From Promethearchaeota archaeon (lineage in GTDB: Archaea > Asgardarchaeota > Thorarchaeia > Thorarchaeales > Thorarchaeaceae), in NCBI GenBank assembly GCA_048937485.1, contig JBHLND010000001.1, forward strand, positions 1 through 57,059: a stretch of DNA of 57,059 bases, read 5' to 3'. The translations under genes were made by a program, and so were the position numbers. The notes under the pieces are model-generated. The model was not told the origin of the DNA, searched no databases, and saw nothing but the letters and a program-made list of their open reading frames with translations. The stretch's first letter is position 1. Each line of letters opens with the position of its first letter. Positions 17,560 through 26,005 of this stretch are shown here, in pieces.

Positions 17560-18359
17560 TCCTCAAGGAAACTTCTGTTATTTTGGATTTTTGCAGCTAA
17601 TCTTCGTACCAAAGCGTTATGAACCTCAGGATCTGACGTTTTCCTAAAGCCTTTATCATTATGAGTGGACCCAGTAACAAGCAGATCATGCCCATCTCCG
17701 AATCTTGGCATGATAGAGTGGCCATTTTGATCCCTGCCGCCGAAAGGTGCTTCTCCCCTCTTGGCAAATCTCCTTTGTATCCTCACATCTTTTCTTAAAT
17801 CAACATTTACTTTCTCCCGTGAATGTGCAACAATCTCATCAGACAATAGTATTACTGGATGTCGAAGTTTCTCAGAAATGAAGAACGATTTCAATGTGAG
17901 TTCATATGATTCCTGTGCAGAATTTGGCGAGAGCACTATACTTTCATGATCTCCGTGTGTTCCCCATCTCGCCTGCATTAAATCTCCCTGAGCGGCTTTG
18001 GTTGCTTGCCCTGTACTAGGTCCACCTCTCTGTACATTTACAACGACACAAGGAGTTTCAGTCATAATCGCATAACCAATGTTTTCCTGCATAAGGCTGA
18101 ATCCAGGGCCAGATGTCGCAGTCATGGAAAGCAGTCCTCCCCACGATGCTCCCAGAATGGCAGAGATTGCTCCTATCTCATCCTCCATTTGAAGATACGT
18201 ACCGCCAACGCGTGGCAGTCTTTCGGCCATAATCTCAGCGATTTCCGAGGCCGGAGTAATTGGATACCCCGCAAAGAACCTACAGCCTGCAGCAATAGCC
18301 GCTTCAGCACAAGCTTGGTTTCCCTGCCAGAAATTGGTAGATTCATTCTTCGTAATCAT
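17229..18359 (-). CDS. korA: 2-oxoacid:ferredoxin oxidoreductase, alpha subunit
   Basis: GYPITPASEI, MEDEIGA and TSGPGFSLMQE motifs; full-length 376 aa. Confidence 0.85.
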   Translation of the reverse strand: MITKNESTNFWQGNQACAEAAIAAGCRFFAGYPITPASEIAEIMAERLPRVGGTYLQMEDEIGAISAILGASWGGLLSMTATSGPGFSLMQENIGYAIMTETPCVVVNVQRGGPSTGQATKAAQGDLMQARWGTHGDHESIVLSPNSAQESYELTLKSFFISEKLRHPVILLSDEIVAHSREKVNVDLRKDVRIQRRFAKRGEAPFGGRDQNGHSIMPRFGDGHDLLVTGSTHNDKGFRKTSDPEVHNALVRRLAAKIQNNRSFLEDYVIAGPDEADWGIISYGCTSRAVDELMTKNLSQSAIRSFRLRTIWPFPDEAVRIFAHSVDRLLVPELSLGQLSGEVSRAVEGRVEVNSLTKIGGGVMIEPNELLKRMFG

Positions 18360-18482
18360 TATCCAATTCTCTCCGTTCCGAGCTGTCAGGCAACCTCAAG
18401 ATAAGCATTGACATACAGACTCCAAAACAGCCAGATGCCAGCCGATAGTCTTTTATCGCCAGTCCCGAGAATGAGCCACTTG

Positions 18483-18588
18483 GCGACCGTGGTCTAGCAT
18501 GGTTAGGACGGAAGCCTCCCAAGCTTCCAACCCGGGACAGTCTTGTCTGGTACAAACTGCGGGAATTCAAATCTCGGCGGTCGCACCA
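18483..18588 (+). tRNA. tRNA-Gly (anticodon CCC) with an intron in the T-arm; CCA encoded
   Basis: Acceptor GCGACCG/CGGTCGC; D-arm GTCT-AGCATGGTTA-GGAC; anticodon arm GAAGC-CTCCCAA-GCTTC. T-stem CCGGG/CTCGG and loop TTCAAAT are separated by 29 nt. Discriminator A plus CCA. Confidence 0.85.
18537..18565 (+). other. Putative tRNA-Gly intron (29 nt, after position 53)
   Basis: ACAGTCTTGTCTGGTACAAACTGCGGGAA forms the hairpin CAGT(C)TTGT / ACAAACTG. Removing it restores CCGGG-TTCAAAT-CTCGG. Confidence 0.6.
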
Positions 18589-18806
18589 TAATCTTCTTTC
18601 GTCAGACTTAAGGCCACTACATTCAATTATGATGCAGGCGAGTAATGATTTCTCTGACCCCCATGAGTCAATTGTGACGATGATATGGATCTTGAGTAAA
18701 GAACTCGCCACTATTACTTTCGGAAACCTCCTACACGACAATACGATTAATCGTACATTTCGCATAATGCTTTTAAGACACATTTCCACTTCAAGTTTGG
18801 ACTGCT

Positions 18807-20003
18807 ATGACTCACGACTATGTGGAAGACGAACTAAGCCGACGAAGTGTATTCAAGTCAGAGCAGTTATTATCTATTGACTATGTGCCAGAAACACTTC
18901 CGCACCGGGAGTCAGAACTGAGGAACCTTGCGCAGAGTTTCAAGACACTCATAACATCACCCGGTCAGACAAGTCATAAGTTCATAATCGAGGGACCAGT
19001 CGGAACTGGAAAGACTGCTGTTGCCAAACGGTTTGCGGAACAAGTGGTTCAAGCGGCTCATAGAAGGAATATTAGACTTCACAAGCTTCATATCAACTGC
19101 CGAGTGAGCAAGAGTGCATATCTCGTTTATCTACGCATACTTAGGGAGTTTCGACCAAAGTTTCCAAGACGCGGCCATTCACCAGAAGAACTTCTAAACA
19201 TGATAGTTGAAGTCTTGGATGAAGAAGACTCGTATTTGCTTCTGATTCTCGATGAACTAGACTATTTCATCAGACAACGAGGTGCTGACATTCTCTATGA
19301 CTTAACTCGATTGATGGATGATCGACTAAATGCACCTCAGCGGCTTTCAATGATATCAATTGGACGAAAATTACCTCTAGATGAAGACATCCTAGATCCA
19401 AGCACACTTAGTACACTGCAAAGGAACATGCTGAAATTCCACGAGTACAGTGCAGAGGCTCTCTATGACATTCTTCAAGCTCGAGTGAAAATGGCTTTTG
19501 ATAGAGAATCGGTCATGGACGAGACTCTCCAGATTATATGTGATATCGCAGCAGAACGCGGCGATGCACGGTACGCAATAGAACTGCTTTGGAGAGCAGG
19601 AAAGCAAGCTGACCGTGAATTGTCCAAGAAAGTGATTCCAGATTACGCACGTCAGGCAAAAGCAGATACCCATCCGGAGTTGAGGAAGGAAATATTCGCA
19701 GCCTTACCACGCCAGAATATGCTGCTTCTTCTAGCCGCAGCTAGACAGCTCAAAGAGATTCGCGGTGCATACATTACCATGGGTGAATTAGAGGACATGT
19801 ATCGCACGGTATGTGAAGAGTATACTGAGGAGGCAAGGGCTCACACACAGGTCTGGGAGTGGGTTCAAGACTTAACAGCTCATAGGCTGATTGACACAAA
19901 GAAATCTGGAGCTGGCCAAAGGGGTCAAACCACCCTTATAGGCCTCTCTGATGTTCCTGCGGAAATGCTGGAAAGATATCTTCTAGAACTTCTTGAAATG
20001 TAG
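18807..20003 (+). CDS. cdc6: Orc1/Cdc6 replication initiator
   Basis: N-terminal LSIDYVPETLPHRESEL, Walker A GPVGTGKT, Walker B ILDELD, and a C-terminal winged-helix region. Confidence 0.9.
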   Translation: MTHDYVEDELSRRSVFKSEQLLSIDYVPETLPHRESELRNLAQSFKTLITSPGQTSHKFIIEGPVGTGKTAVAKRFAEQVVQAAHRRNIRLHKLHINCRVSKSAYLVYLRILREFRPKFPRRGHSPEELLNMIVEVLDEEDSYLLLILDELDYFIRQRGADILYDLTRLMDDRLNAPQRLSMISIGRKLPLDEDILDPSTLSTLQRNMLKFHEYSAEALYDILQARVKMAFDRESVMDETLQIICDIAAERGDARYAIELLWRAGKQADRELSKKVIPDYARQAKADTHPELRKEIFAALPRQNMLLLLAAARQLKEIRGAYITMGELEDMYRTVCEEYTEEARAHTQVWEWVQDLTAHRLIDTKKSGAGQRGQTTLIGLSDVPAEMLERYLLELLEM

Positions 20004-20009
20004 GAGGTA

Positions 20010-20306
20010 GTGCCAATTACTGATAGCAAAGACACCTTGTCACGGGTACCAATTGAGGAGCTATTCTCGTCTAGAGGGCGGATCAAAATTCTGAAGGAGT
20101 TGGCTTTCTCAAACGAACTCAATATTTCAGAATTATGTCGTAGAGTTTCTCTCAATCATAGCTCCACCAAATCCCATCTTGAAGTATTAATAGACTCAGG
20201 ATTGGTAGAAGAGAAAATGTTCGGAAGAATCAAAATATACCGTTATAGAGTAGAGGATTTGAAAGCACGCTCCCTCAAGAATCTGTTTGATTTATGGGAC
20301 TCATAG
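20010..20306 (+). CDS. Small winged-helix (ArsR-like) DNA-binding protein
   Basis: RIKILKELAFSNELNISELCRRVSLNHSSTKSHLEVLIDSGLV. GTG start is preceded by GGAGG. Confidence 0.7.
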   Translation: MPITDSKDTLSRVPIEELFSSRGRIKILKELAFSNELNISELCRRVSLNHSSTKSHLEVLIDSGLVEEKMFGRIKIYRYRVEDLKARSLKNLFDLWDS

Positions 20307-20318
20307 GAGTGTATCCAA

Positions 20319-21128
20319 TTGACTGCCTACATTGGACGTCTGTTCTACTTGGGCACTGATTATTATGGATCACAATTACAGCCTGGTTTCACCACAATTC
20401 AAGGAGAACTTATTCGGGGTGTCGAAGAATGGAGCAAGGAATCACACGATACACGGACTGTTCAATTGGCCGGAAGAACGGACCGTGGCGTGCATAGCTT
20501 AGGACAGATTGTACTGATTAGAACTGAAAAGAAACTCGACATTGACCGAATTAACTCCTATCTTCCAGATGACATAGTACTCTGGGCATCTGTACCAGTT
20601 GATGAGGATTTCAATCCAAGGTTTGACGTATTAATGCGTCATTACAGGTATTACCTGTGTCCGATGAGTTCAAACCTAAATCTTCGTGCTATGCAACTAG
20701 CGCTTGATGCAGCTATAGGTCTACATGACTTTCATGTCTTGTCTAAACCTGATGGGACCCGACCAACAACTGCAACGATTCTGAATGCATCTCTTATGAG
20801 TCATAGCAACATTCTGAAGATTGACCTATTTGGAACCAATTTCCTTTGGAAGTTAGTTCGGAAAATCATTAGTCTTCTAGTGCAGGTTGGAGAAGGCCAA
20901 TTCGACTCAGACATCATAACCAAGATTATCCGAAGACAAAACGAGATGCCCAGCGGCATAGCACCCGCACCTCCAGAATCTCTGGTCTTGGTGGAAACAA
21001 TAACACCAATCCGAATGAAGCAGAGCAAATACGCCCTTAGAAGGCTTCGGAAGAACTTAGACCGTATGATTTACTCTCTACAACGAACTCATACTACACT
21101 TTCTGCTCTTATCGATGATTTTCTCTAG
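20319..21128 (+). CDS. truA: tRNA pseudouridine synthase A
   Basis: GRTDRGVHSLGQIV catalytic motif, TTG start and TruA-like length. Confidence 0.9.
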   Translation: MTAYIGRLFYLGTDYYGSQLQPGFTTIQGELIRGVEEWSKESHDTRTVQLAGRTDRGVHSLGQIVLIRTEKKLDIDRINSYLPDDIVLWASVPVDEDFNPRFDVLMRHYRYYLCPMSSNLNLRAMQLALDAAIGLHDFHVLSKPDGTRPTTATILNASLMSHSNILKIDLFGTNFLWKLVRKIISLLVQVGEGQFDSDIITKIIRRQNEMPSGIAPAPPESLVLVETITPIRMKQSKYALRRLRKNLDRMIYSLQRTHTTLSALIDDFL

Positions 21129-22332
21129 CATCGAAAGATCCCCTCTTGAGATTCAACCACTGAGAAAACCTCGTACTCTCTGAGGGATTTCGTTTCACAA
21201 TTTCAATTATCGTATCCTTATGGGTTCGTGTAGCTCTCTGAGAAGAAACATGAGCCGCTCTTGAAAGCTTCGAGAGAAGGTCTGCATCTTTGTCAAGACT
21301 CTTGTTGCCACGCCAGACAAGTAAAGGCCATATTGGTTCCGAATACTCAACTCGCCTATAGGAGCTTTCATTTCTACTCCCTGCAGTTCCCGCTGATAGA
21401 AAATCATAGACATAGGAAAGTAGTTTCCAATTTTGATTTCTCATTATTCTTCCAAGAGAAAGATCTGCCAGTGAAAGCGACTCAAATCCAGCTTCTAATT
21501 CCAAGGGAGTAATCAGATGAAGGTGAATATTCTCCTCAAGCCAGAGGAGCAGTTCTCTATAGTCTGTATCTAATTCCGAAATAATGCGCCTAGCAGCTGC
21601 TTGATCCGTTGTCATGAACAGTCTGCGAAACACTTCCTTGATTCCCCTGCGTGAATCTCTCACAGGAAGAGAATCAAAATCTGATAGCGCCATTCCTTCC
21701 ACAAATGTTTCCAAGTCTGCTATTGCAGCTCGCAAATCACCGCCAGCCTGTTCTGCAATCTCTTCCAAAGTATCCTGCTGCAAGGAGGCATCATGTTTCT
21801 TTGCTATCTTCTGAAGTAGTGTTATCACATCAATAGTGTCAATTGCTTCAAAAGTAAATACTTGACATATCTTCAGCAGATCTTTCAGTCTTGGACTGCT
21901 AGGATCATTTGCAGTCATCACTATCGGATGTACTGTCTGTTCAATGATTTTTAGTATCGCACCCACTCCACCCCTATCACTAGTTCCAGAGAGTCCGTCT
22001 ACTTCATCTAAGAGTATCAGCCGCAACCGTCCATCCAATGTTTGCTGAGTGGCTGCTCTCCAGACAAGCGTTTCCACTGTTCCCTTGTTTCGTTTATCAC
22101 TCGAATTAAATTCCACAAGTTCCAAGTCGTAGTCATTGGACAATGCAAAAACCGAAGCGGTTTTGCCAACCCCAGATGACCCAATCAATAGAGCTGCATT
22201 TCTGGTTGGCTTTCCATCTATCCAACTTTGAATCCATTTCTTAATCTCACTGATTGATAATGCATTACCAACAATATCTACCAAACTTCTGGGTCTGTGT
22301 TGTTCTGGCCAGGGAAGATTACTACTAGTCAT
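21109..22332 (-). CDS. rfcL: Replication factor C large subunit
   Basis: WPEQHRPRSL, Walker A GSSGVGKT and Walker B LLDEVD. It overlaps the rfcS stop codon by 4 nt. Confidence 0.9.
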   Translation of the reverse strand: MTSSNLPWPEQHRPRSLVDIVGNALSISEIKKWIQSWIDGKPTRNAALLIGSSGVGKTASVFALSNDYDLELVEFNSSDKRNKGTVETLVWRAATQQTLDGRLRLILLDEVDGLSGTSDRGGVGAILKIIEQTVHPIVMTANDPSSPRLKDLLKICQVFTFEAIDTIDVITLLQKIAKKHDASLQQDTLEEIAEQAGGDLRAAIADLETFVEGMALSDFDSLPVRDSRRGIKEVFRRLFMTTDQAAARRIISELDTDYRELLLWLEENIHLHLITPLELEAGFESLSLADLSLGRIMRNQNWKLLSYVYDFLSAGTAGSRNESSYRRVEYSEPIWPLLVWRGNKSLDKDADLLSKLSRAAHVSSQRATRTHKDTIIEIVKRNPSESTRFSQWLNLKRGSFDARENHR

Positions 22333-23288
22333 CCATGTTCATACTCCAATCCTGCGTGAGCCAAAAGGGCTGCAAGCTGTACCTCCCCGCTAGCACCTTC
22401 GGCTATGCGAAACTCCGCCTCAGCAGCTTTTTCCAATAATACCATCTTCTTTTCCTGTGATATCTCAAGGTCCAACACCTCTCGATGTACCTGCCTTGTC
22501 AAATCCAAGGGAGATACCCCCTGCTGATAGAGCAAGCTCCTGAGAGCATCCAATGAACCATCATAATTGCCAGCGGATGCCAAATCTATCATCTCCTTAA
22601 CCGCTGCTGGACTTGCGCGTCCAGATATTGAGAACACCAAACTATCACTGATCTTCTCTCCTGTGGAAGATGCTGCTTGAAGCAGATTGATAGCTGCTCT
22701 CATATCACCTTCAGCCATATACAAGATTGCATCTTTCCCGCTCTTAAGCAAAGAAACTCGTTCCTGTTTTGCTATGTAGTCCAATCTTTCTGCAATCGAG
22801 TTTTCTTCTAGCCTAGAGAATCTGAAAATTGCACATCGGGACTGAATTGGAGGAATTATTCTACTTGAATAGTTGCAAATCAATATCATCCTGCATGAAG
22901 CCGAATATGATTCCATTGTTCTTCTTAGTGCATGCTGAGCATCAGCTGTTAGATGATCTGCTTCGTCGAGGACCAGAATCTTGAACGGAAGATCTCCCGC
23001 AGGCATAGTACGGGCGAAGTTCTTTATTTGATTCCTTACAACATCAATTCCTCTTTCATCACTGGCATTCAATTCCATGAAGTTCCGATCGAAAGTATCA
23101 CCGAAGAGGTCTCTAGCCATCGCCATTGCAGCTGTTGTCTTACTTGTACCCGGTGGCCCCGCAAACAAGCAATGTGGTACATTCCTATTATCTACAAAGT
23201 TAATCAAACTATCAACTACATTATCCTGTCCAATAATTTCACTCAAAGTTGGAGGTCTATATTTTTCAGTCCAAAGGTCAAGATTCAT
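22329..23288 (-). CDS. rfcS: Replication factor C small subunit
   Basis: WTEKYRP, P-loop GPPGTSKT (variant), DEADHL and the SRC motif. Start taken at ATG 23288 (MNLDLWTEKYRP). Confidence 0.9.
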   Translation of the reverse strand: MNLDLWTEKYRPPTLSEIIGQDNVVDSLINFVDNRNVPHCLFAGPPGTSKTTAAMAMARDLFGDTFDRNFMELNASDERGIDVVRNQIKNFARTMPAGDLPFKILVLDEADHLTADAQHALRRTMESYSASCRMILICNYSSRIIPPIQSRCAIFRFSRLEENSIAERLDYIAKQERVSLLKSGKDAILYMAEGDMRAAINLLQAASSTGEKISDSLVFSISGRASPAAVKEMIDLASAGNYDGSLDALRSLLYQQGVSPLDLTRQVHREVLDLEISQEKKMVLLEKAAEAEFRIAEGASGEVQLAALLAHAGLEYEHG

Positions 23289-23426
23289 TAGAAAATCCCA
23301 TCCAGCAAAATAGGCAATTGTAGTTAGGGTACTGCGCCTCAATCAATTCTGGCACCCTTAAAGTCTTCCTTAGTATAATCCATGCTGACGCAAAGACCCA
23401 GCAAAGAAATCAAGGTGCATGAAGAT

Positions 23427-24029
23427 TCACGAAACAGGCTGGGCAAGGACGCTTGCCCGCATGGCATCTTGAAACAATACTTGGAAGGCTTCCATGATAT
23501 TGTGTCCTTCACGAGCAATACTTCTAAACACATGAACTGAAGAAGGAAGCCTGAGCCGTGCCCGAACTTCTTCTTCTTGGATTGCTCCAGGTAAATCTTG
23601 CTTGTTTAGACATACTACAATCGGAAGAGGTCTATCCTCTTCAGCTACCATTGCCATAAGCTCATTCCAGCTGGCAAGATTTTCATCAAGCAAATGCTCC
23701 TGAGAATCAACCATGAAGACAACGCCATCGGCACCAACCAAAACCACTTCTCGTGTACTTCTGTAGAAGTCTTGTCCTGTCGCAGACCAAACATGGGCAT
23801 TGATTGTCCAGCTGTCTCCAAGGGCAAATGGAATTGTACCAAAATCGCAGAACATTGTTCTGCCCACCGTATTTTCGATGGAAGTAAGGTTGTCTGCGTA
23901 GTCAAGGCTAGAGAAGAGCCAGCGAATTGCAGTGGTCTTCCCACTCATAGCAGGACCAAAGAACACAATCTTCAGACCAATGGTTCGATTTCCGTAGTCG
24001 ATAATCATTACCTCTTCCTCCCAGTTCAT
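23427..24029 (-). CDS. Small GTPase, Arf/Rag/MglA-like
   Basis: G1 GPAMSGKTT, G3 VWSATGQD (Asp replaced by Ser) and G4 NKQD. ATG 24029 overlaps the upstream stop codon as ATGA; the ORF also opens at GTG 24038. Confidence 0.8.
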   Translation of the reverse strand: MNWEEEVMIIDYGNRTIGLKIVFFGPAMSGKTTAIRWLFSSLDYADNLTSIENTVGRTMFCDFGTIPFALGDSWTINAHVWSATGQDFYRSTREVVLVGADGVVFMVDSQEHLLDENLASWNELMAMVAEEDRPLPIVVCLNKQDLPGAIQEEEVRARLRLPSSVHVFRSIAREGHNIMEAFQVLFQDAMRASVLAQPVS

Positions 24030-24946
24030 GTTCCCCACATGCTATCCACCCATGCACCTAGTCCTGACAATGCACCAGATTTCACGCAATCGGAGAAATC
24101 TTCATGCCACTCAGCATGAATGAAATGAATCAAATCAGGTAGCTCTCCACTATCCCATCCTATTGCTTCATAGAGATTCCTTTCCGTTAATGCAGTGGAG
24201 GCTCCAAGTTCGCGAGCCAGCCGGATTCTTGACAATAATGTGACTGCTCTCCGAGCAGCATGAACATAATTACTTATTTCCTCATCAAAGACATCTTGTG
24301 TCAATTTCTCAGATTCATCATCAAGCTTCAATACAGCATTCACAACATGGCTGGAAACTTCAAGACCGCGAAGCGATTTCCGTAGAAGTCGCCGAATTCT
24401 TTCTAGAGATTGTCTCTTCCTAGTCAATATTTTGCTTACAATCTTCTTTTCAACTTCTAGACTGCTGTTGAAGGGTTCCATAAGAGAGAAGCTCATGGAA
24501 GACGGAGAACTCACCTGTAGGATCCCACAATTTCCTGATTTTTGCAGAATCCTGGTTACTACATTTTGAAGCAAACCCTCGTCTACTTGCACACCCAGTA
24601 CAGTTGCTCCAAGAGGAATTGCTAAAATCCATCCTGTGAATCGTGTAATTCGATCCAATGCAAGACGTAAATTGGAAGAAAGTCCACAGACAATTGTTCT
24701 GCTGACCTCATAGTCATGTTTCTCTTCTTCCCAGACTGCCAGTATCTCATTCTCAGACGTAAAATCGCGCCAAAAAACGAGCTTGTGTCTATGTGGTGCG
24801 AGCATTGTAAGACTTTCAGTGATGTCATCTACAAGTTCTCCATCACTTCCAGCAACAAGAATCGGCATTCTACTCATTACAGCGTTCAATAAGAGGGGAA
24901 AATCATCTCCAATCAGTTCAATCATACGCATAATAGAATATGTCAT
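24026..24946 (-). CDS. Uncharacterized 306-aa protein, middle gene of the roadblock-GTPase operon
   Basis: Long ORF joined to both neighbours by ATGA overlaps. I can assign no canonical motif. Confidence 0.7.
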   Translation of the reverse strand: MTYSIMRMIELIGDDFPLLLNAVMSRMPILVAGSDGELVDDITESLTMLAPHRHKLVFWRDFTSENEILAVWEEEKHDYEVSRTIVCGLSSNLRLALDRITRFTGWILAIPLGATVLGVQVDEGLLQNVVTRILQKSGNCGILQVSSPSSMSFSLMEPFNSSLEVEKKIVSKILTRKRQSLERIRRLLRKSLRGLEVSSHVVNAVLKLDDESEKLTQDVFDEEISNYVHAARRAVTLLSRIRLARELGASTALTERNLYEAIGWDSGELPDLIHFIHAEWHEDFSDCVKSGALSGLGAWVDSMWGT

Positions 24947-25890
24947 GGTTCTCGCCTCGCTAGCATTAAACCGCCCTCTGATCCACCAGCAAGAAGCAAT
25001 TCCTTTAGGTCATCAGGAACTGCAGGTTTCATTGCCTGAGAAGCATGTAAGACTCGTCTTATTTCCTCAATATAGTGTTTCAGCAGCAGTCGCATTAGTC
25101 CTAGCTTCTGACTACCTCGATCAACCCAGAGGCTAAACACTCCATTGGGCACAGCATAAATGAAATGACGAGTAGACCCTGTTTCACATAGAACGGTCTG
25201 TAGGGAACTATTTCGTAATGTTCTGACCACACGCTCAGAAGCATCATGAAGAGCAAAAGACATTGCAGCAAGTCTGTCATTAGTGAAACCATCCAAGGAT
25301 ACTCGCACGCCTCCGCTAAGTGACAGAAAGACAGAATCAACTTTCGGGATGCTATCATGGACTTGTCTCAGTAATGCTCTGAGGGTTAAAGCCTGTGAGC
25401 GATCAAGCGACATAATCGATCTAGAAGTGCTATACTTTGTATCCTGACCTTCCGCAACCGAGAAGCCACTTAGCACACGCTGCGTTTCGTCGTTGCTATA
25501 GGAACGAAGTGGAGGCAATCGTCCATCAATATGTTGTCGTAGTAGAAACGAAACGCGTGATAGACTATCCTTCATCTCTATGAACAAAGCAGCCAAGTTT
25601 ACCCGCGGTGCTGTGGTCACAGTAAGAAAGTAGTCAGTATCATTGGGCAAGGAGGCAAGGAATACCTTTGATGTTTCAGATTCCATCAACAGGTAATTGA
25701 ACTCGCCGTGCACCAACCTAGCAACCCCATAGATTGCACATGTTGAAGATGCTACGGCGAATACCTCTTCCTTGCTAAACCATACCCCTGCACTGGCTAC
25801 GGGGAGACCGTCCTTCTGGATAAGCACTACATTCTCCACGCCATTGATCATCTTGATACTCTGCAGCGTTTCAGTCAGCTCGTCGGTCAA
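24943..25890 (-). CDS. Tandem Roadblock/LC7 (MglB-like) domain protein
   Basis: The N-terminal half, INGVENVVLIQKDGLPVASAG...VFLASL, is typical Roadblock. A second similar half lies at about aa 170-290 (VDSVFLSLSGGVRVSLDG...). TTG start. Confidence 0.7.
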   Translation of the reverse strand: MTDELTETLQSIKMINGVENVVLIQKDGLPVASAGVWFSKEEVFAVASSTCAIYGVARLVHGEFNYLLMESETSKVFLASLPNDTDYFLTVTTAPRVNLAALFIEMKDSLSRVSFLLRQHIDGRLPPLRSYSNDETQRVLSGFSVAEGQDTKYSTSRSIMSLDRSQALTLRALLRQVHDSIPKVDSVFLSLSGGVRVSLDGFTNDRLAAMSFALHDASERVVRTLRNSSLQTVLCETGSTRHFIYAVPNGVFSLWVDRGSQKLGLMRLLLKHYIEEIRRVLHASQAMKPAVPDDLKELLLAGGSEGGLMLARREP

Positions 25891-26005
25891 TCATTCAGCC
25901 CCGGACCTGGTAGACAGTCCAAAGTAGAATCCCGGACCTGACTATATAACCACCACACAGCCGTTACTCGAAACTTGTTCTCTCTCTATAGGGGAAATCC
26001 AATAG

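Noticed and set aside
18343-18789. 148-aa ORF on the - strand
   Set aside because: It spans the tRNA-Gly gene and the korA start region and has no protein-like motifs. The GC-rich tRNA keeps the frame open.
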